Origin: Vulcanimicrobiota bacterium
Lineage (GTDB): Bacteria > Vulcanimicrobiota > Xenobia > Xenobiales > JADMJV01
DNA: 64,000 nucleotides
Assembly: GCA_050250895.1 (NCBI GenBank)
Contig: JBFWNU010000005.1
Location: 547,396 to 611,395, forward strand
Reading direction: 5' to 3'
The notes under the pieces were generated by a model. That model was not told the origin of the DNA and did no database searches. It was given only the letters and a program-made list of their open reading frames with translations. Shown here in pieces: positions 17,720-26,021 of the stretch; position 1 is the stretch's first letter; each line of letters starts with the position of its first letter. A program made the position numbers and the translations under genes.

Positions 17720-18406
17720 ATGCCAACAGAGTCAACACCAGAGTCGTTGCACCAGTGCATCATTAGAGGCTGCGAAATCTCGAGAATTCGGGAACTCATG
17801 GATAGGGAGCCAAGCCTCAAACACCAAAGGGAGAAATCCAAAACGGTGCTTCACACCGCAGTTCTATGGGGACGAGTCGAGCACGTGGCTTGGCTGGCAG
17901 CCGAAGCTCCTGAGCTGATTTCTCTGCAGGACAGCGAGGGGTATACTCCTCTGCATCTTGTAGGGCAAACGCTCTTTCTTGGTGATGGCAAGGACGGCAC
18001 TCTCGCCTTCAAGATTGGAAAAATCCTGATTGAGGCGGGTGCATCTTTGACGCAACGAAATTGCTATGGAGAAACACCGCTTTTCTCTTTGTCAGTAAGG
18101 GCAAATGCAAAAGGTGGATGGCAACGCCTGATCAAGTTCATGATCACCCACGGTGCAGAGCCAAACGCAAAAGACAGGCGCGGGGATACCTTTCTACATA
18201 AACTCGTTCACGAACTCGACGCGTGGTCGCCAATCGAGTTGGTCCAACTTCTCGTCGAGAATGGGGCGGACCCCAACTTGACTGACGCGCGTGGCAAGAC
18301 CCCACTCGACTTGGCGAATACCTTCGATGGCTCTCTGGCCAGAGAGCCAATTGAGCCCTTAATTCACTACCTGGAAGCTGTGAAATCAGAGGAACCTGAA
18401 TGCTGA
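17720..18406 (+). CDS. Ankyrin repeat protein
   Basis: KTVLHTA, GYTPLHL, GETPLF, GDTFLH, GADPNLTDARGKTPLDLA. Confidence 0.88.
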   Translation: MPTESTPESLHQCIIRGCEISRIRELMDREPSLKHQREKSKTVLHTAVLWGRVEHVAWLAAEAPELISLQDSEGYTPLHLVGQTLFLGDGKDGTLAFKIGKILIEAGASLTQRNCYGETPLFSLSVRANAKGGWQRLIKFMITHGAEPNAKDRRGDTFLHKLVHELDAWSPIELVQLLVENGADPNLTDARGKTPLDLANTFDGSLAREPIEPLIHYLEAVKSEEPEC

Positions 18407-18459
18407 AGAAGCGAGCACTTCAGGAAGCTGCTTCACCCAAAAGGAACCCTCAATAGTTA

Positions 18460-18702
18460 GTGAAGGCAGAAGCATCCTGTCGTCACCTAAGTTCGGGCAG
18501 CTTCTGGCAGGGCAGCGTTCTGGGCAGCCCGCTAGTGTCACGATTGGTGGTCGGGCCATCCAAGCTTGAGTGTCCGGAGTGCGGAGCATCTCCTTTGGAG
18601 ATTCTACCTGTAGGTACACCAGCGCATTCGCTGGCTATAAGATGCCTTGCTTGCGGAGTTTCGACAGATCTTCGACTAGGCAAGAATGTCAGGCTTGACT
18701 AA
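18460..18702 (+). CDS. Small putative zinc-ribbon protein
   Basis: CPECG...CLACG; start uncertain. Confidence 0.35.
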   Translation: MKAEASCRHLSSGSFWQGSVLGSPLVSRLVVGPSKLECPECGASPLEILPVGTPAHSLAIRCLACGVSTDLRLGKNVRLD

Positions 18703-18830
18703 ACAAGAGAACTCTCGGACGCGCCTGGCGCTGGCGCGCCCTTTGCCTAAAAGAGCGCTCGCCAGCGCATCCCCGCCGCCCGCTCCAGTCCCGGCGACCT
18801 AAACCCTCCGTCGCAGTCACCGCTACGCTA

Positions 18831-18884
18831 GTTCACAATCCCGAGACCGGGTCGTCGTTTGATCGTCGCCTGGTCCCCTAAGCT
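18831..18884 (+). promoter_or_regulatory. Conserved 54-bp upstream motif, copy 2
   Basis: GTTCACA-N14-TCGTCG-tttga-TCGTCG-N10-TAAGCT. Confidence 0.7.
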
Positions 18885-18907
18885 GATCAAAACAACGGAG
18901 GTCACCA

Positions 18908-19309
18908 ATGAGCGCTGTGCTGTGTCTAATGCAAGCTTGGAAAGAAGAAGTCTGCCAACCCGACCCGACCACCCTTCCGGGCTTGCTCGAGCTCGCCGAG
19001 AGCCGTCTCGAGACCGGCCTCGAGGCCTTCGCCCAGCTGCGCCCGGCCTTTCGGGCCATGCGGGTCAGGTTGTCCTCGGCCCACGCCGGCCTGGTCAGCC
19101 TGCTGGCCGAAGACCTGCCCGAAGAGGTCGGCGCAGCCGGCTGGCGCAACCACCAGGCCTTCCAGGATGCCGAAGATTGCCTCGACAGCCTCTGCCGCCT
19201 CGACGGCGACGAAGAGCGCCATTGGGAAGCCCTGGGCCAGCTAGAAGAGGTCGCCCAAGCCCTGCAAGAAGCCAGCGCCGCAGTGGCCAGACTGGCCCGC
19301 CGCTACTAA
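18908..19309 (+). CDS. Hypothetical alpha-helical protein
   Basis: GGAGG SD, host-like codon usage, 133 aa. Confidence 0.7.
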   Translation: MSAVLCLMQAWKEEVCQPDPTTLPGLLELAESRLETGLEAFAQLRPAFRAMRVRLSSAHAGLVSLLAEDLPEEVGAAGWRNHQAFQDAEDCLDSLCRLDGDEERHWEALGQLEEVAQALQEASAAVARLARRY

Positions 19310-19394
19310 GGGCCCGTCAAAAAATACTGAGGCTCGATCCATCCCTTCTCGCGGCGTCGAACCCCAGAAATGACGGACTTATTCTTAGATGGCC

Positions 19395-20930
19395 CTAAGC
19401 CTCGAAGGCCTCGGTATCATCATAGACGCGCGGCCGCGCGGCCAGCGCGGCCACAGCCTCGCGCACGCTCGGGTAGCGATGCTCGGGGCTCTTGGCCAGC
19501 ATGCGCGTGATCACCGAAGAGGTGTGCAGGTCGAGATCCGGGCGGGAATCGCGCGGATTGGGAATCGGAGCCGACATGTGCTGGTGCAGGACCTGCAGCG
19601 AGTCGTCCCCCTGATAGGGGCGCTCGCCGGTCACGATCTCATAGGCGATGACCCCCAGGGCATACTGGTCGGATTGAGGCGTGTAGTCGCCGCTGACCTG
19701 CTCGGGAGACATATAGTGAGGGGTGCCCAGGGCCACCCCGGTGCGGGTCATCGTCTGCAACTCGCCCCCGCGAGCCAGCCCCAGGTCGATCAGCTTCGTC
19801 TTGCCACTGTTGGTCAGAAAGATATTGCCAGGCTTAACGTCCCGATGGACCACGCATTCATCGTGCAGATAGGCCAGAGCCTCTCCGACGTCGGGTAGCA
19901 CCGTCGCCAGCAGCTGGTCGCGGCCGGAGCCAACAGGCTCTTTGCGCAGGCGGGCGCTGAGGGTCTCGCCCACCAGCAGTTCGCTGACCAGATAGAGCCT
20001 GCCCTGGCTGGTCTCGCCCCAGTCATAGATGCGAGCTAGGTTGGGATGAACCAGCTTGAGACAAGCCTTGATCTCGCGGCGAAAGCGCTCGGCCTCTTCC
20101 GAGTCGCCCTCGGAGCCTCGCATGATCTTGACGGCCACATCCAGCCCATCCTGGCCGGTGGCTCGATAGACCTCGGCCGTGCCGCCGCGGCCCACCAGTT
20201 CTGATAGGCGGTAGCTTTCGATGGTCTCGGATGGCACTTGCGTCGTCTCGGTGGGCAGGCTCGAAGGTTGGCTCCTACGACGCAAGAGCGCCACTGCCAC
20301 CAGGGCCAGCACCACCCAGGCCAACACTTTCCAGGGCCAGAGGTGGCCGGGCAGGGGCACCAGGGTTAACTTCCCCAGCTGCTTGTTCGGCACCAGCTCT
20401 TTGGCCGAGATGTCGAGCTGCTCTGGCTCGTAGCCGGTCTGCTCGAACAGCAGTCGCACCTGGCTGAATTTCCTCCGATTAGGATCGTAATAGAGCGAAC
20501 GGTCCAACCGCAAAGGCGGCCCCCCGGTCTGTCCCAGATAGTTCTTTTGGCCCGGCTTATCCGACGAGCGCCCCACCTCGTAGACCTTGACCTGGGCCGG
20601 CCGGGTCTCGAGATTGAGGGTGTAGTAACGCTCCAGGTTGGTGAAGTCTCCGGGAAAGCCTTTCTCGAGAAAGAGCGGGTCGGTGGGCACGAACAAGTCC
20701 AGATAGCCCTCGCGCACGAACAAGACCCCCGTCTCACGGGCCTCGCCCTCCCAGGGGTTGACGACCTGCGGACTGGCCTCGACCTGGTTGGGCTCGTTGA
20801 GCTTGAGGGCCTCGCGCGAGCCGTCGCTGTGGACGAAATAGGCGGCCTCGGCGGTGGCCGAGCGAGGGATGATCTCGTCAGCCCAACCCAGCGCGCTGAG
20901 TAAAAGCAAGCATAGGACGATCCGGCGCAC
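19395..20930 (-). CDS. Membrane Ser/Thr protein kinase with extracellular N-terminal domain
   Basis: Signal peptide from GTG20930, TM helix, GRGGTAEVY, VAVK, HRDVKPGN, DLG, GTPHYMSPE. Confidence 0.92.
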   Translation of the reverse strand: MRRIVLCLLLLSALGWADEIIPRSATAEAAYFVHSDGSREALKLNEPNQVEASPQVVNPWEGEARETGVLFVREGYLDLFVPTDPLFLEKGFPGDFTNLERYYTLNLETRPAQVKVYEVGRSSDKPGQKNYLGQTGGPPLRLDRSLYYDPNRRKFSQVRLLFEQTGYEPEQLDISAKELVPNKQLGKLTLVPLPGHLWPWKVLAWVVLALVAVALLRRRSQPSSLPTETTQVPSETIESYRLSELVGRGGTAEVYRATGQDGLDVAVKIMRGSEGDSEEAERFRREIKACLKLVHPNLARIYDWGETSQGRLYLVSELLVGETLSARLRKEPVGSGRDQLLATVLPDVGEALAYLHDECVVHRDVKPGNIFLTNSGKTKLIDLGLARGGELQTMTRTGVALGTPHYMSPEQVSGDYTPQSDQYALGVIAYEIVTGERPYQGDDSLQVLHQHMSAPIPNPRDSRPDLDLHTSSVITRMLAKSPEHRYPSVREAVAALAARPRVYDDTEAFEA

Positions 20931-20970
20931 GGCGGCTAAGCTTCTGTAGGGATAGGCGTTTCCCTGGCTG

Positions 20971-22689
20971 CTACAGAGTTCGCCACCAGCGCACCCGCAT
21001 GCGATCGACGGGGTCCACGAAGTCGGCCAGGTCGATGGACCAGACCTCTTCGTCCTCTTCGACCGTCTGACCGCCGGTGGTGACCGTGGTGTCGTCGGTC
21101 CTTTGCTCGACAATGGCCAGGCGAGCATCCCTGCCGGGCACCACATCGTAGCGAGGGCTGCCGTCGGGATTGGTGCCGACAATCACCGGCACCGGAAACT
21201 CCGTTGGAGGCGCGGCATCGGCCATGAACTGGCCCTGCTGCAAGATGTTCCAGAACTGTTCGTACTCGTCACCCTGGAAGTTGCGCCCGGTAACGGCCAT
21301 AACGGCATACCTGGCACTGGAGCCGCTGAACTGATACTCGCTCCCGCCGGCCAGGTCGTGGCGCTGGAACGCCCACAGGTCGATGGTATGGTCAAAGCCC
21401 GGAGCTTGACTGGATACCAGCTGAAAGTTGACGGGCCCCATCGCTCCCGGCGAGGTGACCCGCCGCCGCACCACCACCTCGGTATGTTCGTCGTTACCCA
21501 GAATCACGCTGTTGTGGAACTCGGATGGCTCGTCTCCCGAACTGAGCAAGGCGCCCACCAGGGTCACGTTGTTGGCCGAGATGCGCTTGCCCGAGTAGAG
21601 CAGGCCTTCCACCACGGCGTCCTTGGCCTGGCCGCCGGGCGTGCCCTCGACCTCGAGAAAGCCCCCGGCCAGGATGGCCGCCACGTTATCGCTGGCCAGG
21701 CTGCCCGAGCCGTGCACCGACAGGTCGCCCGTCACGATCACCGCGCCCTTGCCGCTGATGCCCCCCTCGATGGTAAGGTCGCCGTCGACGAAGAGCACCC
21801 CCCCGTCGAGGGTCAGCCCGTTGACCACGGTCATCGCCTCACCCCCAAAGTAGGCGGTGCGGTCCAGATGCAGGTCGCGCTCCAGCGAGGTCAATCCCTG
21901 ATCTACCCTGGAATCGCTCAGGTCCGGGCGATATGTCTCCAGGTTGATAGTGGGTATCTCGATCGCTGGCGAGTGCAGTAACAACTCTCCCTCGATCACC
22001 GTATTGGCCCCGACGTCGGCCCCCGAAGCCGAGCGCAGGTTGCCCTTGAGCCGATTGGTGCCGGTCAGGCGCACGGCCTGGGGGCCGGCCGACGAGTTGC
22101 TGGCCAGATGGCCCGGGCGCAAATCCTCCTCGGGCACAGCCACTCCCGGCTGCACCCGGGTGCCGGCTTCGAGACCGGCTACCAACAGGTCACTGCCCAC
22201 GAACGACCCCTGGCAGGCGATAGAATAGGGGAAGCGAGGCACCGAGACCACCGCTTCCACCCGCCGCTCGACGCCGCCGCACACACCGTAGCCCACGATG
22301 TATAGCGATTCGCGGGGAACAACCAGCCCGTTGTCGGCGGCGGTGGCGCTATCCGAGCGCAAGTTGTTGACGCATCGGAGTTGTCCTCGCCCAGGGTCGA
22401 AGGTGGCCAGGCCATAGGCGCCCTCGGGCGCCTCTGGAAAATGGACCTCGACCGTGGCCGCTCCGTCTTCGCCATAATCGAGCTCGCCAGTGAGCTTCTC
22501 CTGGGCCAGCACCCGCTCGATCACCCGCGACACCGCTGATTCGGCCAGGTTCCTGGCTATCGCCTCGTTGCTGCCGCGTGACGACAGACTCAGATGGAAG
22601 AAGCCGGCCCCCGAAACCGCCAGGGCGGCCACGAACAGCAGGCTGCAAACCACCAGAGTCCCGGCCAGACCGAGGCCTCGCTTTCTCAT
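20971..22689 (-). CDS. PilX-like pilus tip/assembly protein with beta-helix region
   Basis: KRG|LGLAGTL, ARNLAESAV, G.GVCGGVERRVEAVV, repeated VxGDLxI motifs. Confidence 0.65.
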   Translation of the reverse strand: MRKRGLGLAGTLVVCSLLFVAALAVSGAGFFHLSLSSRGSNEAIARNLAESAVSRVIERVLAQEKLTGELDYGEDGAATVEVHFPEAPEGAYGLATFDPGRGQLRCVNNLRSDSATAADNGLVVPRESLYIVGYGVCGGVERRVEAVVSVPRFPYSIACQGSFVGSDLLVAGLEAGTRVQPGVAVPEEDLRPGHLASNSSAGPQAVRLTGTNRLKGNLRSASGADVGANTVIEGELLLHSPAIEIPTINLETYRPDLSDSRVDQGLTSLERDLHLDRTAYFGGEAMTVVNGLTLDGGVLFVDGDLTIEGGISGKGAVIVTGDLSVHGSGSLASDNVAAILAGGFLEVEGTPGGQAKDAVVEGLLYSGKRISANNVTLVGALLSSGDEPSEFHNSVILGNDEHTEVVVRRRVTSPGAMGPVNFQLVSSQAPGFDHTIDLWAFQRHDLAGGSEYQFSGSSARYAVMAVTGRNFQGDEYEQFWNILQQGQFMADAAPPTEFPVPVIVGTNPDGSPRYDVVPGRDARLAIVEQRTDDTTVTTGGQTVEEDEEVWSIDLADFVDPVDRMRVRWWRTL

Positions 22690-22710
22690 TTCCCTAATAT
22701 AGCACAAGCC

Positions 22711-23190
22711 CTAGCCCTTGACGTCTAGTTTGCCGTGGTTGTCCAGCTGCGATTTCAGGTGGCGCTCGAGGCCCTGAAACTGGACTCCGCCGCCGAACGA
22801 GCGCAGCTTGCCCAGGGCCGAAGAGGCAGTGTCGGCCAGGCTGTGGCCGCAAGGAGCGTTGCCCAGGCCACTGTCGATCTGGTCGGGGTTGGGGCGGGTC
22901 TCGACCTGGTCCGAGGGGCCGCGCTCCCAGGCCTTGCGAACCTGTTCGCTCTCGGACTCGTTAGACGCCGAACCCACATACTCGTCGCCTCCCAGCGAGG
23001 GGGCCGCGCCGATGTCGGCTTCCAGCGACTTGATGGCCGGGTCGGCCAGTTCGCCCGAAGCTGACCAGCTTTCGTTGGCCCCGGTGCGCTCGCCGAGTTC
23101 CTCGGCTTTGACCTCGGCCTGGCGGCCAGAGATGGCCCGCGCGGGGTGACTCAGAGTGTTGTTGGCGGTGAATTTCGTGATGCTCGACAT
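22711..23190 (-). CDS. Hypothetical Ser/Gly-rich protein
   Basis: 159-aa ORF with SD-like leader, preceded by motif copy 3. Confidence 0.6.
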   Translation of the reverse strand: MSSITKFTANNTLSHPARAISGRQAEVKAEELGERTGANESWSASGELADPAIKSLEADIGAAPSLGGDEYVGSASNESESEQVRKAWERGPSDQVETRPNPDQIDSGLGNAPCGHSLADTASSALGKLRSFGGGVQFQGLERHLKSQLDNHGKLDVKG

Positions 23191-23223
23191 TGTCGTGAAC
23201 CCTTTCGTTTTGAACTTGACCCC

Positions 23224-23277
23224 AGTCTAGGCCAGCCAACGACGACCAGACGACGATCGAGAACTCGGGTTGTTAAC
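23224..23277 (-). promoter_or_regulatory. Conserved 54-bp upstream motif, copy 3
   Basis: Minus strand GTTAACA-N14-TCGTCG-tctgg-TCGTCG-N10-TAGACT. Confidence 0.7.
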
Positions 23278-23417
23278 CTCTGGGCGCTGCCGAACTCCTC
23301 CAGCCTGGCTAGACCGTCCGCTCATCGTCGGTGTGGCTGCCACCATGATGCAAGGGCCCGCGACAGGACGCGGTCCGCCAAGCCAGAACCCCCTGCGGGG
23401 GCGTAAGGAGCTACAAG

Positions 23418-24458
23418 CTGTCATTTAGCCAATCACAAGCTGTCTTCTTCCGGAGCCTCTCCACCATGTTCTCGGCCGGAGTTCCCCTGACTTTGTGTTT
23501 TGACCAGCTCGAGGCCCAGTCTGACTCGGTCCAGACCAGCCAGGTGGCAGCCAGCGTGGCCGCCCGCTTGCGCCAGGGCGAAAGCCTGCACGCCGCCTTC
23601 GCGGCCCGACCCGACGCCTTTTCGCCTCTTCAGGTGCACCTCGTTCGGGTAGGCACCCAGTCGGGCTCGCTCGAGCACATTTTCACCCAGCTGGCCGTCT
23701 ACGAAGAGCAAAAGCGCGACCTCATCCAACGCCTCAAAGCCACCTTCACCTATCCCATCCTGGTCTTCGCTATCGGAATGCTGGGCCTGTTCTGCCTGCC
23801 CACGCTGGTCATGGGAGGCCTGTTCGGCATGCTGGAAGGGTCAGGTCAACCCCTGCCCCTGCTCACCCGGATTCTGCTGGCCTGGGCCCACCTGTTGCGC
23901 ACCGTCTGGTTCTATCCCCTGGCCCTGGTCTCACTGGGCGCCCTCTATCAGACGGGCCAGGCCGCCTGGCGCAACGACTCCCTCCGGCTGGCCTGCCTGA
24001 ACTACCTGTTGACCCTGCCCGCCCTGGGTCGGGCAATCCGCATGCTCGTGACCCTGCGCTTCTCTCGCTGCCTGCTCCTTTTGCTTCGGGCCGGAGTGCC
24101 GCTGCTCACAACCATCTCGCTGGCCGCCAAAGCCACTGGCTTTGACCCCGCCCGCCAGGTAGGAAAAGACCTGGAGGAAGCCCTGCGCGGCGGCCAGAGC
24201 CTGGCCGAGGCGCTTTCTCAGCAAACGCTCTTCGAGCCCATGCTCACCCAGATGGTCGCCGCTGGCGAAGAAAGCGGCAAACTCACCCGCCTGCTCAAAT
24301 GCGCCGTCAGGCTCTACGAGCAAGAGCTAAGCCACGGGCTCGAGGTGGCCGCAAGCCTGCTCGAGCCCGTGCTAATGGCCGTGCTCGGCGCCATCGTCGG
24401 CTTGTTCATCCTGGGCATCGCCCTGCCGCTGGTGCAGCTCATTCAGACCCTGGCCTGA
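23418..24458 (+). CDS. Type II secretion F / PilC family inner-membrane platform protein
   Basis: FFRSLSTMFSAGVPL, ATFTYP, LPLLTRIL, AAGEESGKL, LLEPVL; probable CTG start at 23418 (ORF track uses ATG23466). Confidence 0.9.
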   Translation: MSFSQSQAVFFRSLSTMFSAGVPLTLCFDQLEAQSDSVQTSQVAASVAARLRQGESLHAAFAARPDAFSPLQVHLVRVGTQSGSLEHIFTQLAVYEEQKRDLIQRLKATFTYPILVFAIGMLGLFCLPTLVMGGLFGMLEGSGQPLPLLTRILLAWAHLLRTVWFYPLALVSLGALYQTGQAAWRNDSLRLACLNYLLTLPALGRAIRMLVTLRFSRCLLLLLRAGVPLLTTISLAAKATGFDPARQVGKDLEEALRGGQSLAEALSQQTLFEPMLTQMVAAGEESGKLTRLLKCAVRLYEQELSHGLEVAASLLEPVLMAVLGAIVGLFILGIALPLVQLIQTLA

Positions 24459-24497
24459 TGGGAGGATGTTGGGGCTCAGCGGACGGAATAGCGATGA

Positions 24498-24836
24498 ATG
24501 GAAGATGTGGTTGAACTCACCGCTCTGATGAGGCGGCATCCCCGGTTTGCCGACTTCCGGCAAGCCTTGAGCCAAATGGGATTGGAGCCGGCGAGCAGCT
24601 GGCTGTTGACTTTGGACCACTGCGGACCGGGGCCCCACCAAGCCCTGGCCAGAGTAGTGACCGAACAGCTCGAAGTCTACGAAGTCGAAACAGGCTCTGG
24701 AAAGCCCCCCACCCCGGTCGAAGACGCCGAGGCGCGGCACCTCATCTTACTCCTGAACCGACCGACCGAACGCCAGGCCCTCGAAAGCCAGGTGGCAGGC
24801 TACGACCTGGAGACGTCGTATCTCCAATTACCCTAA
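24498..24836 (+). CDS. Hypothetical protein
   Basis: 112-aa ORF co-oriented with its neighbours. Confidence 0.5.
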   Translation: MEDVVELTALMRRHPRFADFRQALSQMGLEPASSWLLTLDHCGPGPHQALARVVTEQLEVYEVETGSGKPPTPVEDAEARHLILLLNRPTERQALESQVAGYDLETSYLQLP

Positions 24837-24905
24837 CCGGAGACCAGCCGCAAGAAGCCGCCGCTCGAGAGCGACTTGTCGCCCCGCAGAAGGACCACCT
24901 CATCC

Positions 24906-25928
24906 ATGCAATTGTCGAGTTACGGGCTGATCGGCTGTGGCCGTTTCGGTCAGTTTTGTGTCCAGGCCCTGGCCAACCATTCCCACGTGCGACCACTGGC
25001 CGTGGCTGATGGAGACGCCGAGGCTGCCCAGCGGCTGGCCGCCGCCTTCGGCCTTCAGGCCTGCTCGCCGGCCGAACTTCTCCAACGGGTCGACCTCGTT
25101 CACATCGCCACTCCGCCAGCCACCCATTTCGAGCTGGCTCGTCAGGCCCTCGAGGCAGGGGTGGCCGTGCTGTGCGAGAAGCCCCTGGCCCTCTCGGTAG
25201 CCGACTGCGACCAGTTGCTGGCCCTGGCTCGGGCTCCGCTGGGCGCTAACCATCTGCTACGCTTTAACCCCCTGGTCGGCCTGGTCGAGCAGATCCTGGC
25301 TTCGGGCGTGTTGGGGCAACCTCTGCACGCCTTCTTCGAGAACTACGCTCAGGATGAGCACTTAGGGCCCCAGCACTGGTTCTGGGACCGTAGCCTCAGC
25401 GGAGGCATCTTTCTCGAGCACGCCGTCCACTTCTTCGACTTGCACCGACTGTGGTTCGGCCCAGGCGAGATCCTGCAGGCCGTGGCCCAGACCCGTCCCG
25501 GCACGGATCAGCAAGATCGCGTGTTCAGCCTGGCCCGCCACGGCCAGGTGCTGGTCACCAGCTACCACGGCTTTGACCAGCCCGCTCGCCTCGACCGGGC
25601 CGACCATCGCATCTTGTGTCAGCGCGGTCAACTTGAATTGCTTGGCTGGATCCCCATGAAGCTGCGCGCGACCGGTCTGACGCCTGACCAGATTCAGAGC
25701 CTGACCGCCCTGGCCAAACTCCCGCCCCAGGCGAGCGACGACCAGTTGGTCTGGCGCCTCGAGGTAGACCGGTCCGAACTCTACGCCTCCATGTTCTGTT
25801 CGCTGGTCAGCGACCTGCTCGGCCCCCGCCGGCTCACCGCCGAGGATGCCCGCGAAGCGGTGCGCCTGAGCGAGGCCGCCACGCGGACGGCCGAGATGTC
25901 GGGAACGGTGGGTCATAGCCGGCAATAG
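24906..25928 (+). CDS. Gfo/Idh/MocA family oxidoreductase
   Basis: GLIGCGRFG, IATPPATH, LCEKPLA, SGGIFLEHAVHFFD. Confidence 0.92.
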   Translation: MQLSSYGLIGCGRFGQFCVQALANHSHVRPLAVADGDAEAAQRLAAAFGLQACSPAELLQRVDLVHIATPPATHFELARQALEAGVAVLCEKPLALSVADCDQLLALARAPLGANHLLRFNPLVGLVEQILASGVLGQPLHAFFENYAQDEHLGPQHWFWDRSLSGGIFLEHAVHFFDLHRLWFGPGEILQAVAQTRPGTDQQDRVFSLARHGQVLVTSYHGFDQPARLDRADHRILCQRGQLELLGWIPMKLRATGLTPDQIQSLTALAKLPPQASDDQLVWRLEVDRSELYASMFCSLVSDLLGPRRLTAEDAREAVRLSEAATRTAEMSGTVGHSRQ

Positions 25929-26021
25929 CCAGATGGCCAGGACCCATCGGCCTGCCCCGCTTAGAGGTCCGTCCAGCCATTGTGAGGAAAGGCCCGCCAT
26001 CAACTCGAGGGGGTTTTAACC

